Positions 31,213 to 42,867 of a stretch of 64,000 nt of DNA are shown in pieces. The position numbers and the translations under genes were made by a program. The notes under the pieces were generated by a model. It did not search any database. It was not told the origin of the DNA and saw only the letters and a list, made by a program, of their open reading frames with translations. The stretch is from an uncultured Planctomycetota bacterium. Lineage in GTDB: Bacteria > Planctomycetota > Planctomycetia > Isosphaerales > Isosphaeraceae. Position 1 is the first letter of the stretch, and each line of letters starts with the position of its first letter. Location: the NCBI GenBank assembly GCA_963823665.1, contig CAWGMQ010000004.1, positions 512,001-576,000 of the forward strand, in the 5' to 3' direction.

Positions 31213-32037
31213 CAGGTCGTCGGCCACACAACGACTCTAAGCTCGCATCGTCGCGTTTCATCAGGCCAGAACACCGCCCAGTAGCATGAAGAGTAGGTTT
31301 TCTGGCCCCAGATCGTGTTCATACGACTCGACGGTACTCGCCGATGGGCCTTAAGTGGATTCACGGATAGGGGGCAATCCGGCAAGGTGACCCGGCTGCT
31401 CTACGGTTCCATTGCTAGCGACCGGCTACCGCTCCCGCTCACTTGGTTTTTCCCGATCCTCATGTCGCCTCGTTGGGGCATTTCTCGCGGTTTCAGGCTC
31501 CTTCCTGTTCCTTCCCGCCGTCGTGTAGCTGGTCCGGGTTGCGAAGCGACGGCGTTGCTTTTTATTGCCCGATTGCTTGCAAGCAATGGTCGTGGTCCCG
31601 CCGCCCGGTTGATAGCCTGTCTCCGGCAGCGGCACTCCCTGCCATCCCGCGACCACATGCCGACAGCCGTCCGCAATCTTCGACGCTATCGATCCCATCC
31701 TTAGCTGATCGCCGACCATGCCCGGCCGGTTCCCCGGTGCTCACGCCGCCTGTTTCAGGTTGTCCATGCCCGATTTTCTCCTACTTCAATCCAGCTCCGG
31801 CACCATAGGTGGCCTAACTGACGCGAACCTACAGCCGCAGCCGCCCGCCGCAACAAGAGAAACGGCTTTCATAAGATTATGTTTTTCAAGGGAATGAATC
31901 TTCCGTTTCTCAGGTTGCAGCGGACACGGGCCGCACTATGCGGCCCGTGGGCGTAAAGCCCGTCTAGGCGTCTGGTTGGTTGCTCTCGTAAGGCCACGGA
32001 TGGTCCGGGGCCGCAACTCAAAGAGAAGGAAACCACC

Positions 32038-32256
32038 ATGTCTAACGCAGAAACAGAAGCAGCCCTCGATACCGGAGTGAAGAACCGCAGGCCGAGCCTG
32101 GTCGCCTATCAGGTACGTGAGGGGAAGGACGATCAAAGCTATTGGGACCGCATCGGCGTCGCCTGGAGCAACCGCGACGGCGGGTTCACCGTGCAGCTCC
32201 ACGCCATCCCGCTCGACGGACGGATCGTGCTGACCAAGCCCAAGAGCAACAGCTAA
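32038..32256 (+). CDS. Small plasmid/phage protein, DUF736-like, possibly ssDNA-binding
   Basis: YW.RIG.AW...DGGFTVQL motif; AAGGA RBS. Confidence 0.6.
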   Translation: MSNAETEAALDTGVKNRRPSLVAYQVREGKDDQSYWDRIGVAWSNRDGGFTVQLHAIPLDGRIVLTKPKSNS

Positions 32257-32312
32257 CCGAATTCAACCGGGCGGGCAGCAATGCCCGCCCATCACCTGAA
32301 AGGAATCACATT

Positions 32313-32531
32313 ATGGAATCATCAAACACATACCTACAGGCCATCGGAGCCAACCTTAAGGCACTGCGGGCCATTCTCACCACCGCCATAGCGGACATCG
32401 ACCAGGGCCTCGAGGCCGTCGTCCAGGGCAGCCAGAACGGTGCCGTTGGCTCGATCATGCCGACCGATCACCTGCTGAAGCAGGCGACGACGCTGGTTCA
32501 GGCCATCCTCATTCTTCACCGTCAAAGCTAG
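32313..32531 (+). CDS. Hypothetical helical protein
   Basis: AAAGGA RBS, MESSNTYLQAIGANL...; between co-oriented genes. Confidence 0.55.
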   Translation: MESSNTYLQAIGANLKALRAILTTAIADIDQGLEAVVQGSQNGAVGSIMPTDHLLKQATTLVQAILILHRQS

Positions 32532-32540
32532 GAGGCAGCC

Positions 32541-32870
32541 ATGACCCACGCAACCATGTCGATCAATCCACACTATGCCGCCCGGCTCCGTCGTGCCTTC
32601 CCTGTCCGGCCGCCAGAGCCGGACGGGACGATCTATGCCCGCCTGCCACGGGCACCGAAAACCGGCAGCCCGGTCCCGCACCTGACCAGCCTTTATCACT
32701 TCCACCGGACAGGCGAATTCGGCGACCGGAAATGGCCAGGCAATTGCGGCGGCAAGCTCATCGAGGATTTGCTCACGTTCTTCCGCCCCGGCATGGTGTT
32801 CGACCCCATGTCCGGCAGTGGCACGGCACGCGATGTATGCGAGGCTCCCAGCCCGGCCACGCTCGCTTGA
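32541..32870 (+). pseudogene. Truncated DNA methyltransferase
   Basis: GD..WPGNCGG.LI.DLL.FF.P..VFDPMSGSGT..DVC (SAM-binding motif I), then stop; no catalytic motif IV. Confidence 0.7.
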
Positions 32871-32873
32871 CCC

Positions 32874-33416
32874 TCAGCGTTCCACCTGCCGGAAGGTGAT
32901 CCGGCTAATCAGCGTCGCGTTTTCATCGGCGAATCGTGCCGGTTCCGGATGCTCCCAAATCCACGGCACCCGATGAAGCCCGATCCAGTGATAGAGCGAA
33001 TCCAGGTGACGGCCCTCGATGACGGCTTCCGTGATGACGCTGCCGTGGAAACGGACGATCAGCACGGGGGCCGTGCCCGGCTTTTCTTTGGGCACCAGCC
33101 GCACCCGCTCGCAGGTGGCATACGAAAAGCCCTCATAGGAATAATCCTTAAGGATAAAATGAATCGTCAGGTCCGGCTTGTTGCCGTGACGCCCATGCAC
33201 CTTGTAGGCATCTCCCGGCCGTGGCAGCGGATCGACCTTATCCGGCAAGGCCGGGTCCAGCGGGATGATTTCCGCTTGCCCGCTTGCCGCTTTCGCGGGA
33301 GGCTCGTTGCCCTTCTGCTCCTGTTGCAGCCGGGAGCGGATGCTGGACGGCGAGAAATTGGGTCGGATCACCTTATCGTTATGTTTGCCGTTGCCTTCAG
33401 CGTCTTCATCTTTCAT
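32874..33416 (-). CDS. Hypothetical protein coupled to the relaxase gene
   Basis: ATG overlaps the relaxase 3' end; globular-looking C-terminal half. Confidence 0.65.
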   Translation of the reverse strand: MKDEDAEGNGKHNDKVIRPNFSPSSIRSRLQQEQKGNEPPAKAASGQAEIIPLDPALPDKVDPLPRPGDAYKVHGRHGNKPDLTIHFILKDYSYEGFSYATCERVRLVPKEKPGTAPVLIVRFHGSVITEAVIEGRHLDSLYHWIGLHRVPWIWEHPEPARFADENATLISRITFRQVER

Positions 33417-36123
33417 GGGCCGAGGGCCTTTCCGGTTGGTGCGGGGGTTGTGGTTGGTGCGGGGCATCATGTTCCGCCCGGACGAGGGCGACGTAGGCAT
33501 GACGCCGCATGCGGTGCTGCCATTCCTCCGTTGCCCGCCGCCGCTTGGCTTCCGCGTCGTCGGGCTGTTCGGGGCGTATGTCGAGGGCGGCAAGCTTTTG
33601 CGAGCTACGCCCGATAGCGGCTTTGACCGCTTCTTTGTCATCGGTATATAAGGTAACGCTTGCCTTTGCCCGTGACGCCGAGACGTAGAGTTGCTCCATG
33701 TTGGTCGCAGGCAGCGACCGCGACGACATGCCAAGGATGACCCGCTTTACCGTTTTTCCCTGAGAACCGAACGATGTTTCGACGTAGCCTTGCCGGAAAT
33801 GCCCGGCATCGGCAGGGATGACCTTGCCGTTAGCAAGCCGGATGGCACCCTGGGGCGTGATTTCGGCGATGGCGTGGTTTTCGCCGTTCTTGAGCTTGCT
33901 GCCATCGTTGGCCGTCACCGTAGCCGTGAAGCGGATGCGGTCGCCGACCGCCAGCGAAATGGTCTCAGGCCGGTAGACGGAGAACTTCGCCGCCTCGGAG
34001 AGCGGCACCAAAGCCGGATCGGTGACAGTCAGCCGGTCGCCTTTCGTAAAACCGCCCTTGGCATTCTGGTGGAACTGGATCACGTCGCCGGGCCGGTACG
34101 TCGTCGCAAGCCCCCGCATCGCTTCCGAAACATCACCCACCGCGACCAGCCGGGTAAATTCGTGTTCAGTTGCCGCCAGCTTGCCCGCCGCCCGGAGCTG
34201 GCCCCGGATCGCCACCGTAATGCTGGCGGCTTCGGCATGCGTTGGCGACACAATGAGGCACGACGCACCGTCTTTCATCGCCTGCATGTAATCGCTGGCA
34301 ATAGCCGCCACGCGGGCCTCATCATCGGCGGATTCCCTGACCCAGCCCAGGCCATCGAGGGCGTTGAAGCCTTCGAGCGATTTGCCTTCGGACAGCAGCT
34401 TGGCGGCAGCCCGATACTCCGGGGTTTCCTGCCGCAGGATCTCAGTAAGGCGGAACGGCCGGACGCAGCCGAACTCCTTGAGCACCCGCATGAAGGCCCC
34501 GCGAGCCACGGAGCCATGCTGCATCTGATCGCCGACGAAGACCAGTTTCAGGTTGAGCTTTTCGGCCAGGCGGAGCAGCCGGACCGCGTCCTTATGGCCG
34601 AGCAGGGAGGTTTCATCGACGACGACGCGGCCACCGGCAGCGGCAGCCTGCATTTTCTCATCGACCAGGAACCGGGCCAAGGTGTTCGCCTCGAACCCGT
34701 CCTTTTCGAGCACTTTGACCGCCCCCGTGGTCGTGGCCAGGTAGGTGACGGTCTGCCCCTGCCGCCGCACCCCTTCATCGTATTTGCCGAGCATCGAGCT
34801 TTTGCCCGCCCCGGCGGGGCCTTCGACCAGGTTGACGCGGTTTTCCGATTCCAGCAGCCCGGTCACTGCCTCCCACTGTCCGTCATTGAGCGACTTGCCG
34901 TTGGCCATGCGGCGGGAAAGCCCCTCCGGCACGCCGACCGGGCAGACCGTGCCCCGGCCACCGGCCGCCACGCGGGCGATGTAGCGTTCTTCGTCCTGCA
35001 ACGTCGCCGTGGTCGCCATACGCTGGCCGTCGATCCTGCTGACCAGGACGCCCTGACGCGGCAGCTCGGCTGCGACTTCCTCCAGCGTCACCTGCCCCAC
35101 CCCGTGCAACAGGGCCACCCGCATCAGTTCCCGCTCCGGAAACACCGAGAGCTGTTCGCTGAGGTGAGCGATGGCGAACGACACAGCTTCTTTGGCCGTC
35201 ACTTCCTGGCCGATGCCCACGCCCTGGCCGAAGACGCAGGCCAATGCGTCGCGGTCGCCGTCGCTGAGCTGGCCAAGCCACGCCTCGCGGAGTTGCTCCG
35301 GCGTCAGCTCCTTCTGTTTCCTGGCCCGCGTTTTGGCCCCCAGCTCCGCCTTGCGACCGGCTTCGGTGATGTTGAGCAGGCGGGCCGTGTCCTCGATCTG
35401 GCCGGTACGTTTGGAGAAGGTGACGCCCAGCGGTTGCAGCCCGGCGAATCCCCATTTGCCATCCGCCCGCCGTTCCACCGGCAGGCCGAGCTGGGCCAGG
35501 TCCCTGGCCACCCGCGAATAAAACACCGACTCGTAATAGGGCCGGTCGCGGTAGACGTTGGCCATTTCGATGGCCTTGACGCGTTCCTCCACCGGATCGT
35601 TGGTAGCGTTGAAGGTGAACATGTGCCAGTGGGGATGCGGATCGGGCGGCTGGCCATCCACCGGCCGGGCGGTGGTATGCAGGAACCCGGCATAGGCCAT
35701 GTTGCCGGTATCGCGGTTCTCAAAGGCACCGTGCAGCCGCACCCGCGTCTGCACGTCGGCTTCAATCATCCCCTGCACCTCGTACACACGCTGGCCGACC
35801 ATCGCCAGCATCGCATCCCGCTCCGCTGGCGGCAGCAGCATGATATAGGCCCCGACCTCCTTGGGCAGCGAGTAGATCATGTCCTCGCCGACGCGGCGGT
35901 TGGCGTTCATCCGGGGGGTGAGTTGCTCGCCCGTGACCGGGTGCAGGTTGTCGCACATCCGCTCGAAGGTTTCCTTTGAGACGGGCTTTCCCGCCAGGCC
36001 GAACGACTCGGCAAGCTTGCCGCCCCACACCCCGACCGTCTCATTGCCCTGGCTGTAATAATCCGCCGTCTCGAAATATTTCTTAACGGCAGAGGACGAG
36101 CGGGCGGTAAAAAGGCGAAGCAT
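33406..36123 (-). CDS. MOBF (TrwC/TraI-like) relaxase-helicase
   Basis: N-terminal KYF...DYY, H.TARP...PDPHPHWH HUH motif, FSKRT, RecD-like helicase GPAGAGKS and VVDE. Confidence 0.95.
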   Translation of the reverse strand: MLRLFTARSSSAVKKYFETADYYSQGNETVGVWGGKLAESFGLAGKPVSKETFERMCDNLHPVTGEQLTPRMNANRRVGEDMIYSLPKEVGAYIMLLPPAERDAMLAMVGQRVYEVQGMIEADVQTRVRLHGAFENRDTGNMAYAGFLHTTARPVDGQPPDPHPHWHMFTFNATNDPVEERVKAIEMANVYRDRPYYESVFYSRVARDLAQLGLPVERRADGKWGFAGLQPLGVTFSKRTGQIEDTARLLNITEAGRKAELGAKTRARKQKELTPEQLREAWLGQLSDGDRDALACVFGQGVGIGQEVTAKEAVSFAIAHLSEQLSVFPERELMRVALLHGVGQVTLEEVAAELPRQGVLVSRIDGQRMATTATLQDEERYIARVAAGGRGTVCPVGVPEGLSRRMANGKSLNDGQWEAVTGLLESENRVNLVEGPAGAGKSSMLGKYDEGVRRQGQTVTYLATTTGAVKVLEKDGFEANTLARFLVDEKMQAAAAGGRVVVDETSLLGHKDAVRLLRLAEKLNLKLVFVGDQMQHGSVARGAFMRVLKEFGCVRPFRLTEILRQETPEYRAAAKLLSEGKSLEGFNALDGLGWVRESADDEARVAAIASDYMQAMKDGASCLIVSPTHAEAASITVAIRGQLRAAGKLAATEHEFTRLVAVGDVSEAMRGLATTYRPGDVIQFHQNAKGGFTKGDRLTVTDPALVPLSEAAKFSVYRPETISLAVGDRIRFTATVTANDGSKLKNGENHAIAEITPQGAIRLANGKVIPADAGHFRQGYVETSFGSQGKTVKRVILGMSSRSLPATNMEQLYVSASRAKASVTLYTDDKEAVKAAIGRSSQKLAALDIRPEQPDDAEAKRRRATEEWQHRMRRHAYVALVRAEHDAPHQPQPPHQPERPSAHER

Positions 36124-36128
36124 TATGG

Positions 36129-36260
36129 ACCCCCTACATGGTAATACCACATGTGGGGATCATATGAGCGAAAGCCACAAAATCAAGTGGCTTTCGCATC
36201 AGTAAGCACAGATAGAAGTGGAACAGACTTGCCTCCTTAGCGGTGCTCTAAGGGAAAAGG
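36129..36260. other. Candidate oriT / relaxase promoter region
   Basis: Perfect 11-bp inverted repeat GCGAAAGCCAC-N8-GTGGCTTTCGC (36168-36197) plus flanking imperfect IRs directly upstream of the relaxase. Nick site not identified. Confidence 0.5.
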
Positions 36261-36671
36261 GGGTCGTTTTCCCGGTGAAAACGCTTTCGCGGCGACGTGT
36301 GAAATCATGCCGCTCAGTTGGAAACCTGACTTGGCAACGATTTAACGAAACTCGAACGGCCGGAAGTTAACGGCCAGATCGTAGCCAGAAATGCAACGTG
36401 CCGCTGTCGGTTCTTTTTTTCGGAGTGTCGCCTTACGGCAACATCACCCGTCGCGTCGATCAGCGATCACTGCCTGGAGGATCACAGCCGGAAAAATGTG
36501 TTGCGATCGCACACAGGCCGTATTACCACTATCGCAACTGACGATAGGTAATCGCTCCCGGCATGGCACTGCGACCTACATCCCCATTCCTTCTACCGCT
36601 GGAATTTACAACAGCCAGCGAGCCTGATTCATCAGCCACGGGCACCGTCCCTCACCCAGGAGAAACCCATC

Positions 36672-36986
36672 ATGAAGTACAAAACGATCGTGCTCGAACT
36701 GATTCAGCAAAAGCCGGAACTACACGAGCAGTTGCGGGCAAGCCGGACGTTGCTGGCGACGATGGACGCTTACGCCCTCGCACTGAAAGCCAGCCACGAG
36801 GAATGGATGGACCGACTCAGCCAGAGGAGGCCAGGCAGCGACCACAGCCAGATTTCGAGCGAAGCCCTGGAGATCGCCCTCAAGGAACTGGACGAGGATT
36901 TGTCCTCCGGGTCGAAAACGGACGAGGACGGCCCTACCGTCGACGGGGCGATGGCCTATCTCAAGCGTCATACGCCGACCGCATAG
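36672..36986 (+). CDS. Hypothetical protein upstream of the methylase-helicase
   Basis: AGGAG RBS; 104-aa helical ORF. Confidence 0.7.
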   Translation: MKYKTIVLELIQQKPELHEQLRASRTLLATMDAYALALKASHEEWMDRLSQRRPGSDHSQISSEALEIALKELDEDLSSGSKTDEDGPTVDGAMAYLKRHTPTA

Positions 36987-37360
36987 CTGAGGCACGCCGC
37001 ACCAGCCCGGCACGCGGCCAGGGCAAGCTATCCTTTGACGCTCCCACACCGCGTAGCAATCTGCCGTCCGCCGAACCCGCTATCTCCAGCGACCTTGTTC
37101 CTGCCGCAATTCCTGCCCCCACTGTGGCCCCTGACCGGGGCCTTTCTCCGGCGACGCTACAGGCGGAGCCGCCCGCCGCAACCGGACAAACCGCTTTCAC
37201 AAATGATGGTTTGCTAAAGGGTGAAGCTTCGGTTTCTCAGGTTGCGGCAGGCACCGGGCGGCACGATGCCGCCGGTGGGCAAGAGCCCGTTCCCCGCCTG
37301 TCTGCTGCCCTTGAAAGGCCCCGGCTGTCGGGGCCGGAACAGGGAGCAGGAGACCGCATC

Positions 37361-40300
37361 ATGGAAGAAACCACGACGACCGCAACGATCGCCGACATCG
37401 CCGGAGGCGAGAAATCCAAAGCACGCGACATCATCAACGCTATCCGCACGCTACGGCGGATCGAGGAGGAAGGACGGAAGGCAACGGCCGACGAGCAAGC
37501 GGCACTGGCCCGCTTCGCCGGTTTCGGCCCGGTGGCCCTGTCGATCTTTCCCAACCCTGTCACCGGCCGCTACAAGGACGCTGGCTGGCAGGCCCTGGGC
37601 GATGAGCTGAAATCGCTCCTCCGCCCCGATGAATACGATTCGGCCAAACGCACCACCTTCAACGCCTTCTACACGTCGCCCACCGTCATCGCGGCGATGC
37701 ACGACGCCCTTTCCCGCCTCGGCGTTGCGGATAACGCCACCGTGCTGGAGCCAGGTTGCGGCACCGGCAACTTCCTGGCACAGGCCGCAGGCGGGATGCA
37801 CTTCATCGGCGTCGAGATGGATACGACCTCCGGCCGCATCGCACGGGCACGCCATCCCGCAAGCCGACATCCGCATCGAAGATTTCCGCGATAGCAAACT
37901 CCCGCCGATCGACGCGGTGATCGGCAATGTGCCGTTCGCCGACCTGAAGCTCGATTACCGGGGCCAGCGTCTGTCGCTGCATGACTTCTTCTTCGCCAAA
38001 TCGCTCGACGCCCTGAAGCCCGGCGGCATCATGGCCCTGGTCACGACCCATTACACGCTCGACAAGCAGAACGCCGCCGTCCGCGAGCGGCTTGCCGCCG
38101 AGGCGGATTTCCTGGGAGCGATCAGGCTGCCTTCGGACGCCTTCAAACGCGAAGGCACGGCAGTGGTGACCGATATAGTGTTTTTTCGCAAACGCTCAAA
38201 CGGGCAAACGCACAACCATGCCGATCCGTCGTGGCTGGAGACCGCCCCGATGACCATCGAGGATGTAAATATCCCGATCAATAAATATTTCCACCACCAT
38301 CCTGAAATGGTGCTGGGCAACTGGAGCCGCAAGGACCGGCTCTATGACTCGACCTACAGCGTCACCGGCACAGGCGATCTTGCCCAGCAACTCGCAACCG
38401 CCATCCAGCGTCTGCCCAAAGGCCAGGTCGTCCAGTCGGAGCCGGAGAGGCCGAAACCTCCCCCGTTCGTTCCACCGCCGCAGGAGCCGCACATTGCCGA
38501 GGGCAGTTTCTTCGTCGCCAAGGACCGGGCCATCCACCAGGTCGAAGGCGGTGCGGCCCATCCCGTCACCTATGGCGGGACGGCACTCAAAGCCGACGGC
38601 ACCATGACCGGCAAGCGGATGGCCGCCCTGATCGGACTCAGGGACTTAGCACGCCGCGTGCTCCAGTCACAAAACGAGGATTGGCCGGAAGCCCATCGCA
38701 ACGATGCCCGGAAGGATCTGAACCGGGTTTACGACCTTTTCGTCTCCGCGTACGGGCCGATCAACAAGACCACATTCAGCGAAACCGCCGAGGGCGGCGT
38801 TATCCGCCGCATGCCCAACCTTGCCAAATTCCGCGACGATCCCGACGCCATGCTGGTGATGTCGCTGGAGGATTACGACGAGTCGACCGGCAAAGCGGCC
38901 AAGGCCGCCATCATGCAAAGGGATGTGGTCGGCCGCACGCCCGCCGTCACACACGTCGCTTCGGCCGAGGAAGGCTTGCTGGTGGTGCTGAACCAACGCG
39001 GCACGGTCGATCTACCGGCAATCGCTGGCCTGTACGGCAAGCCCGAGCCACAGGTAATCGCCGAACTCGGCGACCTGATCTACCAGGACCCAGAATCGAA
39101 GGCATGGCAAACCGCCGATGAATACCTGTCGGGCAACGTGCGAGAAAAACTCAAAACCGCGAAAGCGGCCGGGCCGGAATTCGCCCGCAACGCCGAGGCA
39201 CTGGCTGCTGTGCAGCCCGAAGACGTGCTGCCCGGCGACATCGACGCCAATCTCGGTGCCCCCTGGATACCGGCCTGCGACATCCAGGCGTTCGCCGCCG
39301 ACCTCTTCAAGGTTGCCCCGAGCAGCGTCCCCATCGGCCACCTGAAAAAGGACGCAGTATGGACGGTCGATCCTGATTTGAGTGCCGAGCGGTCGGTTGC
39401 CGCCACGGCGGAATTCGGGACGCCAAGGGCCAACGGCACCTGGCTGTTCGAGCTGGCCCTCAACCTCAAATCCCCCGTCATCTACGACACGGTGATGAAC
39501 GGCGACCGCGAGGAGCGAATCGTCAACCAGGATGCGACGCTTGCCGCCCGCGAGAAACAGAAGCTCATCAAGGAGAAATTCAAGGCGTGGGTGTTTTCCG
39601 ATCCCGACCGGACGGAGACACTGGTTCGCTTGTATAATGATACCTACAATAATTTACGGCCACGCATCTTCGACGGTTCGCATCTCGATTTCCCCGGCAT
39701 GAACCGCACGATCACGCTGAATCCGCACCAGGACGACGCCGTGTGGCGGGGCATGAGTGCGGGCAACACGCTGCTCGCCCACGCCGTCGGGGCAGGCAAG
39801 ACGTTCACGATGGCCGCCACCGGCATGAAGATGAAGCAGGCCGGGCTGGTCAAAAAGCCGATGTACGTCGTGCCCAACCACATGCTCGAGCAATTCTCCC
39901 GCGAGTTCATGCAGCTCTACCCCAACGCCCGGCTGCTGGTGGCGACCAAAGAGGATCTCGCCCGCGACCGCCGTAAATTGCTCACCGCCAAAATCGCCAG
40001 CGGCGAGTGGGACGGCATCATCGTCACCCATTCGAGTTTCGAGCGGATCGGCTTGTCGAAAGACTATCAGGCGAACTTCCTGCGCCAGCAGATCGAGGAA
40101 TACTATCAGCTCACTATCGACGACGCACGCGGCGACACGTCACGTGGCAACCGCAACATTATGAAGACGCTTCAGAAGCAGAATCGCCGCACGCCAGGAA
40201 CGGCTGAAAGACCTGCTGGCCGAGGACAAGAAAGACGACGGGCTGGTCTTTGACGAACTCGGCGTCGATCACGTCTTTATCGACGAGGCCCATTTCTTCA

Positions 40301-42565
40301 AGAACCTGGAGACGCCGACCAAGATGGAGCGTGTCGCCGGCATCCAGACCGGCGGCAGCGAGCGGGCGTTCGACCTGTACATGAAAGCCCGGTTCTTAAG
40401 TGAGCAGCATCCCGGCCACGGCGTGACGTTCGCCACCGGCACGCCGATTTCCAACACGATGGTCGAGATGTACACGATGCAACGCTTCCTCGACCCGGAA
40501 GGGCTTAAAAGCCGGGGCATCGAGCATTTCGACGGCTGGGCCGCCACCTTCGGCGAAGTCGTCGATACGATGGAAATCTCGCCCGACGGTGCGTCACTCC
40601 GGCCCCGCAGCCGCTTCGCCCGTTTCGTCAACCTGCCCGAGCTTCAGCAGATGTTCCGGGCGTTCTCCGACGTGCAGACGGCCGAGATGCTCGACCTGCC
40701 ACGGCCAAAGCTGGAGGGCGGCAAGCCGATCGTCGTCGCCTGCCCGATGTCGGACGAGCAAGCGTACCGCCCAGCAAGGGCTGGTTGCCCGCTACGAGCG
40801 TTTACGCTCGCAGAAGGTCGATCCACGCGAGGATAACGCCCTGGCCATCACCACCGACGGCCGCAAGCTGGCCCTGGACGCCCGGTTGCTCTCCGCTACG
40901 GACCGAGGATTTCCCCGAACTCGAAAATCAACGCCCTGGTCGGCAACGTCGCCGCCACCTGGCGGAAATCGGCCGCGACACGCGGCACGCAGATGATTTT
41001 CTGCGACATGGGCGTCAACCCGACGCAATGGGGATACTGCGTCTATGACGACGTGATTGCCAAGCTGGTCGCTTCCGGCATCCCGAAAAGCGAGATCGCC
41101 GCCGTCGGCGACGCCGATTCCGACGCCAAGAAACAATCGCTCTTTGAGCGGGTGAGGTCCGGTTCCGTCCGCGTGCTGATCGGCTCCACCCAGAAAATGG
41201 GCACCGGCACCAACGTCCAGAAACGTCTCGTGGCCCTGCACCATCTCGACGCCCCGTGGAAACCGGCCGAAGTCGAGCAGCGGGAAGGCCGGATACTCAG
41301 GCAAGGCAATTCCAACGAGGAAGTGGCGATCTACCGCTACGTCACGGAAGGATCATTCGACGCTTATATGTGGCAGGCATTGGAAACCAAGGCCCGGTTT
41401 ATTTCGCAGGTAATGACAGGCGAGGCAGCGGTACGCCGGGCCGAGGATATCGGCGGCCAGGAACTCTCCTATGCCGAGGTGAAAGCGATCGCTTCGGGCA
41501 ATCCGGCCGTGCTGACGCTGGCCGAGGCCGACGCCGAATTGCAGCGGCTGGCGATCCTGAAGAAGAACCACGCCGACGAGCAATATCTCGCCCGCCGCTA
41601 CCGCCGCGAACTGCCGGAGACGATTTCCCAGCTCACCAAGCGTGCCGGCAGACCTCGAAGCCGATCAGGCAACCGCCGCCGCCCATGCCGACGATCCGAT
41701 CATCATCGCCGACCGGCCATGTGCCCGCGACCAGGTGCTCGACCGGCTCACGGCTCGCCTCAACACCGTGCCCGATACCGTCCGCGAAACCAAACGCTTC
41801 CCGCTGGGCCGCTATTGCGGCCTGGATTTCGGAATCGTGCTCCATTCAGGCGGAGCCGCCGACGTTTACCTCGACGGAGCGGGCACGCGGTACGGCATGC
41901 TGTCGCGTGACCATCACGGCCCGCGAGCCGTGCTGAACGCCCTCGAACGGCTTGCCGATAGCTACGGCGGCCCACTCGCCACCGCACGACGCGACCTGGA
42001 GATCGCCAAAGCCCAGCTCCGCGACTACGAGGCACGCCTCGACCAGCCGTTTGAGCAGAAGGATTACCAGGAGGAACTGACCGCCTTACGTGACCAACTG
42101 AAAACCGCCCTCTCCGGCGGCACGCCGGAGGCCAGCGGACAGTCGCAGCCGACCGCCGCCGAATTGGCCGAACGCATCCAGGCCCTGAAATCGTCGCACA
42201 CCATCGAAGCCACGCCCGAGCGTCCACGCACCCGCAACGCCTCAGCCGCCGAGGCGATCACCGCCCGCATCCGCAGGCGGACCGCAAGGCAGCCCACGGC
42301 CGAGCCAATCCCCGAAGCCGAGGATGCCGCACCAACGATCGAGCCAGCTACCGTTGCCACGCACGCGGAAGCACCCGCGTCAGCCGTCGCGGCGATTCCC
42401 GAGCTTTCTGAGCCTACGCCAGCCCTGCCGTCCGGCCCGGCACTGGTGGCCGCGAGCGATCAACGCCCACCGGAACGCCATCCGGCCCAGCCGCCTCGGC
42501 CTGCGTACCGGGAGCGTGTCGCGCGCGGAAAAGCGAAGTCAGGCCACCAACTGAGCCTATTCTGA
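37361..42565 (+). CDS. DarB-like N6-methyltransferase / SNF2-type helicase fusion with six +1 frameshifts (probable sequencing errors)
   Basis: AFYT, LEPGCGTGNF, GNVPF, LGAIRLP, AHAVGAGKT, FIDEAH, ATGTPISN, GTGTNVQ, EQREGRILRQGN in consecutive frames. Shifts near 37857, 40183, 40762, 40901, 40920, 41647. True start may lie further upstream. Confidence 0.88.
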
Positions 42566-42867
42566 ACTTTGCTGTAGTTCATCGCCCCCACCTCGGCCAT
42601 GCCGGTCGCGGCGCGGCCGCCCTTTACGGGACGATCATCTACCTAATTCTCAAGAAGTAATTTTCCTTTAAAATATTATGGAATAAGGGCTTACGGCAAG
42701 ACTGTGCACGGCCCGAGGTCCGAACAAGGGTTGGCGGTGAGTTGACGGGGTCTAGCCGTGAAGCCTGGTATCCTCTCTAGTATGATGCATCTCCTTGAAC
42801 TTCTTGCACTTAGCTGGACAAGAAGCTACTTCTGATAGACAACCAGATAGTCTTAGTCGATGCGATC

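Noticed and set aside
31870..31881. CATAAGATTATG, and TTATCGGAACT at ~63908, as further resolvase sites
   Set aside because: The first has a 2-bp rather than 6-bp spacer; the second is only a half-site.
33691..35979. 762-aa plus-strand ORF and other long antisense ORFs (e.g. 43024-44139, 22933-23940, 62575-63561)
   Set aside because: They are shadows of well-supported genes on the opposite strand in GC-rich DNA and show no motifs.
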